From Pseudomonadota bacterium (GTDB lineage Bacteria > Desulfobacterota > Desulfobacteria > Desulfobacterales > RPRI01): a stretch of DNA of 64,000 nt. Positions 29,288 to 40,061 of this stretch are shown here, in pieces; the stretch's first letter is position 1, and each line of letters opens with the position of its first letter. The stretch lies in the NCBI GenBank assembly GCA_043825875.1, contig JBDRRF010000041.1, positions 35,888 to 99,887 of the forward strand. Direction: 5' to 3'. Under the pieces are notes generated by a model. That model had not been told where the DNA came from, searched no databases, and saw nothing but the letters and a program-made list of their open reading frames with translations. The position numbers and the translations under genes were made by a program.

Positions 29288-30901
29288 ATGTCATCTAAGA
29301 TTTCATTACAACGAAATGAGCTTTCGTCTGAAAAAGTCATTCTCTTCAAATCCCTTGGATCTCTTAGTAAAGCATACCGGCAATGGCGTAAAATGAGCCA
29401 GGAGGTATTTGCAGAATCAATAAAAATAAGTGTTCGTGAATTACAGAATTGGGAAGCCAATCGTCGCCGTGCCCAAATTGAGAATCTTCATGATATTGCC
29501 GAATTTACCGGAATCCCCATGCAGGTCTTGATTGCTCTTAATGCAGATCAGCCCGTCTGGTATTCAGTGCGTAAGAGGTTGTTTATGTATTCTTCTATAG
29601 AAGAAGCACAGTTTTCCTCTCATGAGTTATTCAGGCACCGCGAAACATCTGGTGACAACAATCTATTAAAGAAAGTCTCTATTACTAAAGACAAGCACAT
29701 CGAAATGATTCTTTCATGCCATCAAGATCTTTACGGTTCCAAGAAACCATTGGAAAGTTCAATTATTAAAGCTGCTATCAGTATAGTGCCCAACCTGAGT
29801 AACATGATATTTGACTCCTGGAACCATCTTGTGGGTCATCAGATATGCTTGCCTATTAAGATGGAAGTATATCAAGCGCTCAAGAAACAAAAGACCATCG
29901 AAAATTATCTGACCCGTGAAATGATCAGCGATATTACTACACTGGACGAAGGAGTCTTCTTCTACTATTCTACATTCGGAGCCAATCTAAGCGCAGCATC
30001 ACGGCTAATTATAGTTGGTGCTCGTAGTCTTTCTGAAATAAAACAGAAAGATGGATACCTGATCGCCAGCCATACGATCACAAAAGAAGCCGCGACCGTT
30101 CAGGAAAATGCGGGAATGAAGTTTGTTGGGAACTATGAGTGCATGCTTGATAATCTTCACTCTACCATATACGAGATTGGATTGAAATTTTATCTGAGAC
30201 CCAATGGGCCAGTAGGATGGATCATTGATCAGTTTAAGGAAGAAGTCTTGGTTAAAGAAAGGAAAAGACAAAACCAAAAGAAAATGTCACCGGCTCTTTC
30301 TGCTCAAGACCAGGACAAATTCAGCCGTCCCGGAAAAAATAATCACGCAATCGTTGATAAGTTTGTCACAATCGTTGATGGAAAAAAACGGGAAATCCAA
30401 GATGGTAAAACGCAATACATTAATTTACCAATGGTATCATGTAAAAATCAAAAATGTACTCTTTATGGTAAAACAGAAAAAGGTAATATTGTTTTTAATG
30501 GAACATACCGGACAAAGCAAGGAACGCCGGGTCGGAGATTTCTATGCAAAAAATGCGGTAAATCATTTTGCCACAGAACAGGGACCATCTTTTATGACCT
30601 CCGTTCTCCTGAAGAAAAGGTTATAAAGTCTCTTAGCCTTTTGCTAAAAGGAATGTCTTTACAAGGTGTAGCAGAATCTTTGGGTACCACCTACAGCACG
30701 GTTCGACGGTGGCTGGGCATTGCAACCAGACAGAGTAAAAAATTAGATGCGCTGCTTATAAAGGAATATAATGTGTCTCCTGCAGAATTAGCTTCTTTAT
30801 GGACTTTTGTCAAAACGAATTCTCCTCACCGAAGAGCGTTTCAAAGCGGGCGAAAAATAAATCCTATTCAACAACGAAATAGGGTAGAGCACATTAAATA
30901 A
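29288..30901 (+). CDS. Putative transcriptional regulator XRE + GNAT-like + InsA-like, copy 2
   Basis: Full-length paralogue of 12115-13719 (CKNQKC...CKKCGKSF...TVRRWL). Confidence 0.75.
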   Translation: MSSKISLQRNELSSEKVILFKSLGSLSKAYRQWRKMSQEVFAESIKISVRELQNWEANRRRAQIENLHDIAEFTGIPMQVLIALNADQPVWYSVRKRLFMYSSIEEAQFSSHELFRHRETSGDNNLLKKVSITKDKHIEMILSCHQDLYGSKKPLESSIIKAAISIVPNLSNMIFDSWNHLVGHQICLPIKMEVYQALKKQKTIENYLTREMISDITTLDEGVFFYYSTFGANLSAASRLIIVGARSLSEIKQKDGYLIASHTITKEAATVQENAGMKFVGNYECMLDNLHSTIYEIGLKFYLRPNGPVGWIIDQFKEEVLVKERKRQNQKKMSPALSAQDQDKFSRPGKNNHAIVDKFVTIVDGKKREIQDGKTQYINLPMVSCKNQKCTLYGKTEKGNIVFNGTYRTKQGTPGRRFLCKKCGKSFCHRTGTIFYDLRSPEEKVIKSLSLLLKGMSLQGVAESLGTTYSTVRRWLGIATRQSKKLDALLIKEYNVSPAELASLWTFVKTNSPHRRAFQSGRKINPIQQRNRVEHIK

Positions 30902-30951
30902 ATGCCCCCCACTTTTCATAATATCCGGTCTGCAACTACTGCAATTCCATC

Positions 30952-31287
30952 CTATCTGTTGCGGGATAAACCCGCTGCTTCTCGGCTGTCTATCCTTAAT
31001 GCCCGTTTTGGTTGGCTCCGGGAATTCTTATTAATTTGTGCCGGGCGACCACTGCGTTCTTTTTCTATAAGACCTGTTACACCTTCATTATTTAGTCTCT
31101 GTATCCACTGCACCACAGTCCAGCGACTTACTTCGAAAAGTTCAGCTATCTGGCTACTGGTCCATCCATTCAGAACCAATAAACCAGCTGTAACACGAAT
31201 ACCCAGCCAGGTTTTTAGATCCTGTTGAGCCATTTCGAGAAGAGCTTTCTTTGTCACCGATTGATTGCTTATAGTTAATGCTTTCAT
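30952..31287 (-). mobile_element. IS630-family transposase N-terminal HTH remnant
   Basis: GWTSSQIAELFEVSRWTVVQWIQRLNNEGVTGLIEKERSGRP is a typical IS630/winged-HTH N-terminus; no DDE domain follows. Confidence 0.7.
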
Positions 31288-31436
31288 TAAATTCTCCCGC
31301 TATCAATTTACGTATTGTAAAAGTTGTATTTGCTTTACTATACTTATTCTCTTTGATATGAATATATATGAGTGCTTACCGCATATGCACTCATACACAA
31401 ACAGAGCAAAAGCATAATAATGGCGTTAATCTTCTG

Positions 31437-32012
31437 TCAGACAGCCTTTTTTGCTGTTTCTTCCGCCAATTTCATTAAATCTTCACGGACTTCGGCATCG
31501 CCTACATTCATAACCTCGCATGCCCGGATCACCTGGTTATCACCAAATCCGTGCCAGTCGAAAAAAAACGCATATCTTTCAAAAACATCTTCAAACCGTT
31601 TTTCTTCGGGATGTCCCTGGGTTTGTATAAAAACCATTTTTTTACCGGGCTTGAGACGGCTACGGTAAGGATTACTTCCAAAATCCGGCACAAAATATGA
31701 AAATGTTCTATCAATAAATGCTTTGACCTGGCTTGAGACTTCACCATAATAGATCGGGGTGGCAATCACAAGAATATCACAATTTTGAACCTCATCCAGC
31801 ACTTCTGCCAGATCATCTTTCAGAACACATTTATCCAATTTCGTTTTGCAGGTCATGCATGCCTGACAACCACGGTATTGAAGCTTGTTTAAGGAAAAGG
31901 ATTTTACTTTGGCACCCAGTTTCTCAGCAGCTTCATTGAATCGCCTGGCAATAACAGTACTGTTTCCCTTGGGTCTGGGACTTCCGAACAGACAAACTAT
32001 TTTTTTTGACAT
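31437..32012 (-). CDS. Iron-sulfur flavoprotein / NADPH-dependent FMN reductase (flavodoxin family)
   Basis: GSPRPKGNS, CQACMTCKTKLDKC, ATPIYYGEVSSQVKAFIDR. Confidence 0.9.
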   Translation of the reverse strand: MSKKIVCLFGSPRPKGNSTVIARRFNEAAEKLGAKVKSFSLNKLQYRGCQACMTCKTKLDKCVLKDDLAEVLDEVQNCDILVIATPIYYGEVSSQVKAFIDRTFSYFVPDFGSNPYRSRLKPGKKMVFIQTQGHPEEKRFEDVFERYAFFFDWHGFGDNQVIRACEVMNVGDAEVREDLMKLAEETAKKAV

Positions 32013-32060
32013 TTTTTCTCCTATCTATCGATATATAATTATAATATTCGCAATCCGGTA

Positions 32061-32888
32061 TCAGTTATTTCCATGTTTAGCAGGGCCAATAAGAGCGCTT
32101 TCGGAGCTGGATGGCACGTGCGCAAATATTCCGCCATCCACCGCGATAATCTCACCTGTAATAAAAGAAGCATCATCTGAAACAAGGAATGCAACCATAT
32201 TGGCGATATCTTCGGGCGTGCCCAGTCTCGGAGTAAGAGTATACTTTAACATCATTTCTTCCACTTCGGGCGTAATAGTAGCCTTTGCTGTTGCCGTAAG
32301 CATCAGCCCGGGACAAATAGCGTTGCAGCGTATACCCTGTTTGCCGTATTGAGTTGCAGCATACTTGGTAAGGGAGATAACCGCCGCCTTGGACACTCCA
32401 TAAGCTGTACGAGCCATGTCACCGGCCACACCGGCACCTGATGATGTATTTACTATCGCACCTCCACCACGCTTTATCATCTCAGGAATAGCATATTTGC
32501 AGGCAAGCATAGTTCCCCGGACTGTGATCTCCATAGCCCTGTCCCAGGTCGCAGCCTCCATATTTACTATGTCCCTGTCACCAGGGCCTGGCAGTGCTGC
32601 GGCATTGTTGTGCAATATGTCCAGACCGCCAAACTCGCTGACCGCCTTCTCAATCATAGCTTTGATTGCATCTTCGTTACGAAGATCCACATGGCAGGCC
32701 ACTGCTTCTCCTCCTTCACTCTTAATTTTAGCGACCAATCTTGCAACCGGTTCATCAACAATATCAGCGGCAACTACTTTAGCACCTTCTTTCGCCAACA
32801 ACATAGCTGTCGCACCTCCAATACTGTTGCCACCATCAACCAAATAAGCACCTGTAACAATTGCTACTTTACCGTTTAATTTTCCCAT
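32061..32888 (-). CDS. SDR family oxidoreductase (7-alpha-HSDH-like)
   Basis: LHNNAA, NTSSG, AYGVSK, RCNAICPG. Confidence 0.88.
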   Translation of the reverse strand: MGKLNGKVAIVTGAYLVDGGNSIGGATAMLLAKEGAKVVAADIVDEPVARLVAKIKSEGGEAVACHVDLRNEDAIKAMIEKAVSEFGGLDILHNNAAALPGPGDRDIVNMEAATWDRAMEITVRGTMLACKYAIPEMIKRGGGAIVNTSSGAGVAGDMARTAYGVSKAAVISLTKYAATQYGKQGIRCNAICPGLMLTATAKATITPEVEEMMLKYTLTPRLGTPEDIANMVAFLVSDDASFITGEIIAVDGGIFAHVPSSSESALIGPAKHGNN

Positions 32889-32899
32889 TGTTTTCTCCC

Positions 32900-34780
32900 T
32901 TATACAAAACCATTGTCATTGTTTACCTGCTTTACAGCGCCATCTGCAGGATCCCAGCCTCTTTCATTATAATATTCGGTCAGCAAGGCATCAAAGCTCT
33001 CTTTGCTTACAGGATCGTGGTTTTCGCCGTTAGAAACCAGACGCTCTGAAACAAAGCGCCGGGCGATGAAGCTATCATCTTTTCTTATGCGGCCTTCGCA
33101 AAGATCAAACATCCTTCTTATATCCCAAACACGTCCCGCAGCCTGCAAAAACTTTTCCCCGTTCATCTTAATTCCTGTGAGAGCTTCGTAGAGACCGGCC
33201 CACACGCTTAATTCCACCTGCTGATGCATGGGCATCTGACACTGACCAAGGCACTCAAACATTGTAGCATTATCTTCCGCCCATTTGGTGAAACGCGCCA
33301 GTCCGTATCCTTTCAAATCTATAGCAGCTTGTTCGGCCTGGTCCGGTGGCATTCCTAAATGCTTTTCCAAAAACTCTTTTGTCATCGTTTTACCTGCCCA
33401 CCCAGGTGCGTGGAATCTGTCTCCCGAGGCGTTTATCATATCGCTGAACAAATCAGGCGACAATGCCCGCCGCGGATCATAATAAATCGCGTGCCCTCTT
33501 GTATGCACTGCATATTTTTCCGAGTTTTTCCCGATAAGCTGAGGTCCTTTGTTTAATCCTTGCGCGAGTATCTTCCCCAATCCTTGCCCAAAAGCCATCT
33601 GCCTGAGCAGTTCCTGAACTTCTTTGGCTGCTCCCCAATCTAACTCAAGGCCATCAGTATCGGCTTTATCTATGATTTTTTCCCTGTAAAGCTCAATTGC
33701 AAAACTAATAGCTGCACCTGCGGACAGATAATCCATACCCAAACGGTTGCATAATTCATCGCATCTTATGGCGTCTTCCCATCCTTCGACCGCACAGTGG
33801 GCAGCGAATCCGTGAAAACCGCCAACAAGACAGGAAACAGCCATGCTGCCCCCGGCCTTGTCTCCTTTCAGCAGTCGAATAAGATGTTTGCAGCCGATAG
33901 GACAACCCATGCAGGAAATATCACCTCTTTTTATTTCGCTCATAAATCTGTCGAGAGGAAACTTGTAAGGCAGATCAGGAGGAACAATCTCACTGTAATT
34001 TTTGTATTCATGAGGACCGAATTGCGAGATAGGCGGACCCATAGCACGGAGAGTTCCCCATTCTCTGAAAACATTGATGGTTTCTTTTTGACTTTCAATA
34101 GACTGTTTATAAGCCTTATCTATTAATTCGCTAAATCTGTCGGGATCAGCTACGGAAATGGACTTAGATCCGGAAAGAGCTATAGCCTTGAGGTTTTTCG
34201 ATCCCATAACTGCTCCCATTCCCGATTGGGCATAGGCTGAATACTTGTTGACAATGATGCTGGCCTGGGCAGCCAGATTTTCCCCGGCAGGTCCTATACA
34301 GGCAACTACATATTGCTTGCCCAGTTTTTGCCAGATAGCCTCGGTAGTCTCCCAGGTATCTTTACCCCAAAGATCGCTCGCATCGCAGATTTCTACATTT
34401 TCATCTATTTTCAGATAAACAGGACGATCCGCCTTGCCGGTTATCATTAAATTGTCATAACCGGTAAACTTTAACATCCCCAGATGTCCGGTACCGGAAA
34501 TTCCGAGAAACCCCGATACAGGAGTCTTAGCAACAACAGTAGTCTTACAGGCTCCCGGAATCAACGTGCCGACAAAAGGACCCGCACCGAAAATGAGGAC
34601 ATTTTCCGGCCCCAGAGCATCTTTTTTGGGAGAGGCATTGTCATATGCCAGCTTGAAACTTATGCCAAGGCCACCTATAAAACAAGAGATCCAGTTAAAA
34701 GGAATCGGCTCACTGCAAATCTCTTTTTCTTTCAGATTTACTTTCAGGATTTTTCCGGCATAGCCGCCAATCTTTTTCAT
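32900..34780 (-). CDS. aor: Aldehyde:ferredoxin oxidoreductase family protein
   Basis: GYAGKILKVNL, IGPAGENL, GMGAVMGSKNLKAI, CMGCPIGC, CNRLGMD, YYNERGWD. Confidence 0.9.
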   Translation of the reverse strand: MKKIGGYAGKILKVNLKEKEICSEPIPFNWISCFIGGLGISFKLAYDNASPKKDALGPENVLIFGAGPFVGTLIPGACKTTVVAKTPVSGFLGISGTGHLGMLKFTGYDNLMITGKADRPVYLKIDENVEICDASDLWGKDTWETTEAIWQKLGKQYVVACIGPAGENLAAQASIIVNKYSAYAQSGMGAVMGSKNLKAIALSGSKSISVADPDRFSELIDKAYKQSIESQKETINVFREWGTLRAMGPPISQFGPHEYKNYSEIVPPDLPYKFPLDRFMSEIKRGDISCMGCPIGCKHLIRLLKGDKAGGSMAVSCLVGGFHGFAAHCAVEGWEDAIRCDELCNRLGMDYLSAGAAISFAIELYREKIIDKADTDGLELDWGAAKEVQELLRQMAFGQGLGKILAQGLNKGPQLIGKNSEKYAVHTRGHAIYYDPRRALSPDLFSDMINASGDRFHAPGWAGKTMTKEFLEKHLGMPPDQAEQAAIDLKGYGLARFTKWAEDNATMFECLGQCQMPMHQQVELSVWAGLYEALTGIKMNGEKFLQAAGRVWDIRRMFDLCEGRIRKDDSFIARRFVSERLVSNGENHDPVSKESFDALLTEYYNERGWDPADGAVKQVNNDNGFV

Positions 34781-34824
34781 AATACCCTCATCTTTTCGTT
34801 ATATACTGAAGATTTTTTATGGGC

Positions 34825-35253
34825 TTAGTGCTTTAGCTTAATCGCTTCAGCGGAAAAGAGCTTTTTGCCTTCATCTCTATCCGAATACATCCTTATGGAA
34901 TAAATTTTCCCATCACGAATCATAAGAACATGATGATAGAACTGGTGATATGTAAGATCAGACCAGGATACCTCCCACTCCATTTCAATAGAAGCCCGTT
35001 CTCCTTCTACTACCAGGCCGAGAAGGGTTGTCCGGCTTGAAAGCGGCGCTGGACGATCAAGTAATGGCTTATGCACCGATATAAATTTGGAACGCTCCAA
35101 CTCACCTGTTCCTACAACCCATAGTTTTGCGTCCGGAGCTAAAAGTGTATCTATAGCATTGATATCCTCCATTGACTCGAAAAACGCCAAAGCAACCCGA
35201 CGTGTCTCTTCCGAACTATCTGCCTTGCCATAATGCTTCGCATTATCCGTCAT
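34825..35253 (-). CDS. NTF2/SnoaL-like (ketosteroid isomerase-like) protein
   Basis: LLAPDAKLWVVG, VEGERASIE, YHQFYHHVLMIRDGKI..IRMYSD. Confidence 0.8.
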   Translation of the reverse strand: MTDNAKHYGKADSSEETRRVALAFFESMEDINAIDTLLAPDAKLWVVGTGELERSKFISVHKPLLDRPAPLSSRTTLLGLVVEGERASIEMEWEVSWSDLTYHQFYHHVLMIRDGKIYSIRMYSDRDEGKKLFSAEAIKLKH

Positions 35254-35398
35254 CGCTCTCCTCCATTAATAAAAACAATAAATGAATTTCACGTGAATAA
35301 CTATTTATGATTAAAATAACTTTGCTGACAAATTGTATAGTTCTCTCACATCGATTAAATTAGTCATGAAATTTGTATTCTCCGTTTTAAAACCATCA

Positions 35399-35629
35399 TT
35401 ACCAGGATAAAGCGCCAAAATCGCAATGCTCCACACAAATACCGCAACTAATACAGTCTTCCCTAAATTCTACTTTAAACCAGGCATTGCTCTCATCCGG
35501 CTTAACCATTATCTGCGCTTGCTCCAGACTAAAAACCCTTTCTCTTGTGTTGTAAAATGAGCACGCCAGACAACAGCGAAGACAGCCCGAGCAGTTTTCT
35601 GCTTTTATATTTATTTGCGATTCAGCCAT
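35399..35629 (-). CDS. 2[4Fe-4S] ferredoxin
   Basis: CSGCLRCCLAC and CISCGICVEHC; ATG at 35629 with GGAG RBS. Confidence 0.88.
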   Translation of the reverse strand: MAESQINIKAENCSGCLRCCLACSFYNTRERVFSLEQAQIMVKPDESNAWFKVEFREDCISCGICVEHCDFGALSW

Positions 35630-35663
35630 AAAGACTCCTTTATCAGCATATTGATATATAACA

Positions 35664-36725
35664 CTACAAGCCCAAAAGATTTCGCAATTTTTCATAGTGG
35701 GTCATGGTAATAAAGCCTTTTGCTCTTTTTGATCTGGCAATATATCTTGCATCCTGCTCCATACGGGTAAAAAAGATAGCCATGCGCCAGGTAGCAAAAA
35801 CCTCGTAGTAAAAGAGATTCGCAACTTTTCTGTTTGTTACCTTCTCATAGTGAGCAATAGTCTCTTTCATATCGGGAAGTCCCGGCAAGCGATGAAAAGG
35901 CGAATCGGGACGTCCCACACTGGTGGCCCAATCCATATGCACGAACCAACCCAGATCAGTTTCCGGGTCGCCGAGAAGAACCATTTCCCAGTCTATAACC
36001 GCAGCAATTTCACCTTCGTTGATGATCATGTTTCCCAACCTGGCATCACCCCAGCATAACGAAATAAATTTTGGCTCAAAACTATTCTTCAAAAGCCAGT
36101 CTCTGGTTGCTTTAAGCACCGGTGGCATCGGCTCATTATTGAGCGCATAAATCTCATCATAATAAGCAATCTGCCGCTCCATAAAGTTTGTACCTGCCCG
36201 TGGAACACCCAAAAAGTTTAAGCCTGCTTTCTCCCAGTCAAGGGTATGAATATTTACTATCGTATCCACGGCATTCCACCAAATACGGGCTTTTTCTTCC
36301 CCTGTTGCCTCAAAAAGCTGCCCGGCAATATGGTAGGGAGGAAATTCTCCCGGAATCCATCCCTCAACCCGTTCCATAATATAGAAAGGAGCGCCCAACA
36401 CTGATTCATCCTCTTCCAGCCAACGGGCACGGGGAACAGGCACTACTGTATCCCATAATCTTTCGAGCAGCATATACTGCTTTTTCATGTCATAATGATA
36501 CTTTGGAAACACCGAAATGTCTTTGGGAGGCCAACGAATCACCAGGCTTTCCAGCTTCGTATTCCCCCCTTGCTGCCACTTTAGATCGATAAAAAAAGTC
36601 TCATTCATACCGGCGCCAGGTCTTTTCAACGGTGCAAGTATAAGTTCGCTATCACTGGGCAGTTTGCTCTTAAACCAAGCCAGGAGATTAACCCGCATAG
36701 CCTCCAGATCTAACTCTTCCTTCAT
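35664..36725 (-). CDS. Phosphotransferase family protein (APH / ACAD10-11 kinase-like)
   Basis: VPVPRARWLE, LGAPFYIMERVEG, WGDARLGN, DWEM...GDPETDLGW. Confidence 0.88.
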   Translation of the reverse strand: MKEELDLEAMRVNLLAWFKSKLPSDSELILAPLKRPGAGMNETFFIDLKWQQGGNTKLESLVIRWPPKDISVFPKYHYDMKKQYMLLERLWDTVVPVPRARWLEEDESVLGAPFYIMERVEGWIPGEFPPYHIAGQLFEATGEEKARIWWNAVDTIVNIHTLDWEKAGLNFLGVPRAGTNFMERQIAYYDEIYALNNEPMPPVLKATRDWLLKNSFEPKFISLCWGDARLGNMIINEGEIAAVIDWEMVLLGDPETDLGWFVHMDWATSVGRPDSPFHRLPGLPDMKETIAHYEKVTNRKVANLFYYEVFATWRMAIFFTRMEQDARYIARSKRAKGFITMTHYEKLRNLLGL

Positions 36726-36826
36726 TATCGTATCCTTTTAAAGAATTGTTTTGTGTATTCATGTTATAAAGAATTTCATTGTGTCTTTATCAAACAGCCA
36801 CCGGGTGACTTAGGTCTGTCAATTCA

Positions 36827-39037
36827 CTATACCTTTACCACCTCAACAAGCACATCGAATAATGCGGCATTGGGCTGGAAAATCGCTGCCTGGGCCGGGT
36901 TAATTATCCCATGCGTTAACTGGTTGTGATGGCCCTCCATATAATGTTCGGGCCACCAACCCTGCTGAATATCAACAACACCGGGCTTTACATTCGGGTT
37001 GAGTTTAGCTTTCAGTTTTACTTTTCCACGATCATTAAAGACTTTGACCACATCTCCATCTATAATTTTTCTTGGTTCAGCATCTTTCGGATTAATATAA
37101 AGAAACGGTTCGGGATCATGCTTTGTCAGAGCTTCAACATTTCCCATTGCCGAACTTTTTCGATATTTTGGATGTGAAGTTATAAAGCTTAACGGATAGA
37201 TTTTTGCTTTTTCGCTCCTGGCGCTTTCTATGGGCTCTATATAAACAGGCAATTGTTGACCGAAGGATTTTAGCCTTTCGACATAGAATTCAATCCTGCC
37301 TGTCGGCGTTTTCAACTCCTGTATTTTTTCTGTCGGTTTTGCTTTTACCGGACCTTGTTTCAATATTTGAAGATTAACACCTTCCATGGAAGGATGATCT
37401 GAAGCAAGAAACTCCTCCAGATATTGTTCCTCAGTCTTATTAAAGTATTCACTAAACCCCATTCTCCGGCCCAGCTCGGCAGCAATCTGAAAATCGGATT
37501 TAGATTCATAAAGCGGTTCGATAACTTTCTGCTGGAGTTGCAAATATGGAGTGTAGACGGGATAACTATCTAGCAGATCAACATATTCATAGAATGAGGC
37601 CTCAGGAAGAACATAGTCTGCATATTTAGCCGTGACCGTCATGGCAAGATCAACAACCACGATCAGATCCAGACAAGGCAGAAGATCATTAACAATCCTG
37701 TTCATATCCGGCATTTGATTGATAAAGTTCTCGCTCACAATCCATAGGGCTTTTACCGGAAAGGGATCACCTTTGGCAATGGCATCATCAAGCTTCATAA
37801 TCGGCAGATGATAATATTTCTCACCCGGCATCATAACGGCAGGCGAATTCAATACAAAACGGGAAAGTTCGTTCAGGTTTATATTTCCTGTAATTGCTGC
37901 CAGGGTATTTATCGCCCGCCAGGAAAGATCCCCATAAAAACTTCTTTGCGAACCCAGCCCCAAACGGATAGCAGACGGCTTTTTTGTTGCGTATTCAACA
38001 GCCAGACGCTGTATTGTTTCAGCCGGAATGTCTGTGATTTCTGATGCTTTTTCCGGCGTATAAATTTTAGTCATATCAGCCAGCAACACAAAGGCCGGCT
38101 TACAGGTGATGCCCTCAATCAAATAGCTGCCGCTAAGAGCCGGTGTTTGTCCCATATCAACTGGCAGAGCCTTGCCGTATGCCTGATCAAAGACCATGTA
38201 TAGGTTGGGATTACCATCTTTTATCAGGTCACTTTCCCTAAGGAACATCCCGTTATCATCTCTTACCAGTAAAGGTCCTACCGTATGGTTAGCGATAAAC
38301 CGTTTATCAAGAAGCTCTTGTTCTATAATCACATGTATCATTGCAAGGGCTAAGGCACCGTCTGTTCCTGGTCTGATCGGGATATGTTCATCACAGCGGG
38401 AAGCTGTCCTGGAATAGCGCGGATCAATGCAAACCAGTTTGCAGCCGTTTTCTTTGTCTCTCATTATCGTTCGCATGGTGCGCCAACTGGTATTTGCCGG
38501 ATTGATGCCCCAAACGAAGCTGAATTTAGGATCTTTATTGGGAACAAGATATCGTCCTCCAAGTGCCCCAAAAGTTGCCAGGTTGGCACAAAGGCCAGCG
38601 GAATCGCCAAAGCCGACAATATCAAGCCATGTGCTGTTTGTGAGGCTTGCCACCCTTGAATAACCGGCCCATTTCATGTTGCCTGTAGCACTTGGGTCCG
38701 CATTCCAAACAATTGAACTAGGGCCATGACGCTGAATCAGTTCTTTTAGTTTATCTGCAATACCATCCATCGCCTCTTCCCAGGACACCCGCTCCCATTT
38801 ACCTTCTCCTCGTTTTCCTGCGCGTTTTAATGGGTATTGAAGTCTGTCCTTATGATAGATCCATTGCGGTGTGGCAAGCCCTGTTGTACAACAGCCACGA
38901 TCAAAACTGTCGGGAAAGTCAGCGGGAGTTACCTTTGTAATCCTGCCGTCCTTAAGGTGCGCCATGATTCCGCACATAGCCCCGTCCCTTAAGGCACACA
39001 CTGTACGAACTGTTTTTTCTTTATCTGTATCAGACAT
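36827..39037 (-). CDS. Molybdopterin (bis-PGD) oxidoreductase, DMSO reductase family, cytoplasmic
   Basis: RLQYPLKRAGKRGEGKWERVSWEEA, WGINP, IRPGTDGAL, TAKYADYVLP, TPTGRIEF; no Tat signal. Confidence 0.92.
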   Translation of the reverse strand: MSDTDKEKTVRTVCALRDGAMCGIMAHLKDGRITKVTPADFPDSFDRGCCTTGLATPQWIYHKDRLQYPLKRAGKRGEGKWERVSWEEAMDGIADKLKELIQRHGPSSIVWNADPSATGNMKWAGYSRVASLTNSTWLDIVGFGDSAGLCANLATFGALGGRYLVPNKDPKFSFVWGINPANTSWRTMRTIMRDKENGCKLVCIDPRYSRTASRCDEHIPIRPGTDGALALAMIHVIIEQELLDKRFIANHTVGPLLVRDDNGMFLRESDLIKDGNPNLYMVFDQAYGKALPVDMGQTPALSGSYLIEGITCKPAFVLLADMTKIYTPEKASEITDIPAETIQRLAVEYATKKPSAIRLGLGSQRSFYGDLSWRAINTLAAITGNINLNELSRFVLNSPAVMMPGEKYYHLPIMKLDDAIAKGDPFPVKALWIVSENFINQMPDMNRIVNDLLPCLDLIVVVDLAMTVTAKYADYVLPEASFYEYVDLLDSYPVYTPYLQLQQKVIEPLYESKSDFQIAAELGRRMGFSEYFNKTEEQYLEEFLASDHPSMEGVNLQILKQGPVKAKPTEKIQELKTPTGRIEFYVERLKSFGQQLPVYIEPIESARSEKAKIYPLSFITSHPKYRKSSAMGNVEALTKHDPEPFLYINPKDAEPRKIIDGDVVKVFNDRGKVKLKAKLNPNVKPGVVDIQQGWWPEHYMEGHHNQLTHGIINPAQAAIFQPNAALFDVLVEVVKV

Positions 39038-39162
39038 AGTCTCCCTCCACGATAACAATGGATATAAAAATATAACAGTGTTCAAAAGCTTCCAAAAATG
39101 GCGGGGGTTGTTTATTATATTCCATATTTCTATCTTATTCACTTAGCCTTTTAAGTGAGCCC

Positions 39163-40029
39163 TTAGCCTCCCAAAACCTGTAACAATACTTCCGAAAAAT
39201 TTTTGACTTCCATTTTTTCCTGGAATGCCTGCTTAAGAAAATAATGACCATCGCCGCAGGGAACCAGAATGGTCTTCAAATTCTTTTTTTCAGCATCTTC
39301 TAAAATGCGATCAGGATGCTGTTTGCAGCAAAATCGTTTATCCAGGTCTACAATCGTCAATCCTTTTATGCTACCCAGCACCTTACGATATCTCGGCCAA
39401 TCAAGGCTGCCGAAATATGGGAAATGCTTGTGGCATCCCTCAAAATAACCCATCACCGTTGGTTCGATCTCAAGGCTTTTCTCTTCAAGCTTGTCCATAA
39501 TCGGATCATAGACCCATCGATGAATGTTGGCATCTTCCGGAAACACCATTTTCACAAGAGCAGCGCACGCATGACAAACGTAAACCATGTTTTTTGCTCC
39601 AGCCTGCTTTCCCATATCCCAATTAAATTGCATATATTTTTTACATCTTGCCTGTATTTTTTGCCTTTCTTCTTCTGTAACTTCCTCAAATTCTACACAG
39701 TCCTGAAACGGAGGAGCGCCGCAACAGATCTCCTTGTCTGGCGAGTAGTTATATTCAATTCCAAGTATATCTAAAAGCTTGAGCGTGTCGCCAAACTTTG
39801 CTAAGCTCATAAATGGAACATAACAACCAAATGTTATAAAGTTTTCTGAATTCTTCTTGGGTTCAGGAACACCAAGGGCTTTTAGTAATCCCGCCCTTAA
39901 AAACCAAACCGGGGCATGATTTCTTGTTTCATCAATGCATTTTAACTGCTCGTCGAAAGTTCTTCCTGCGGCAAGGTGAGCCATTAAATTTTGATAATTT
40001 TCAGTATAAGCAACTTTCCTTTTTTTCAT
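39163..40029 (-). CDS. CCG-domain Fe-S protein, copy 2
   Basis: ATG at 40029 with AGGAGG RBS; paralogue of 15616-16482. Confidence 0.8.
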   Translation of the reverse strand: MKKRKVAYTENYQNLMAHLAAGRTFDEQLKCIDETRNHAPVWFLRAGLLKALGVPEPKKNSENFITFGCYVPFMSLAKFGDTLKLLDILGIEYNYSPDKEICCGAPPFQDCVEFEEVTEEERQKIQARCKKYMQFNWDMGKQAGAKNMVYVCHACAALVKMVFPEDANIHRWVYDPIMDKLEEKSLEIEPTVMGYFEGCHKHFPYFGSLDWPRYRKVLGSIKGLTIVDLDKRFCCKQHPDRILEDAEKKNLKTILVPCGDGHYFLKQAFQEKMEVKNFSEVLLQVLGG

Positions 40030-40061
40030 GCTAATCTCCTCCTTTTGAATGCTGATTAAAA

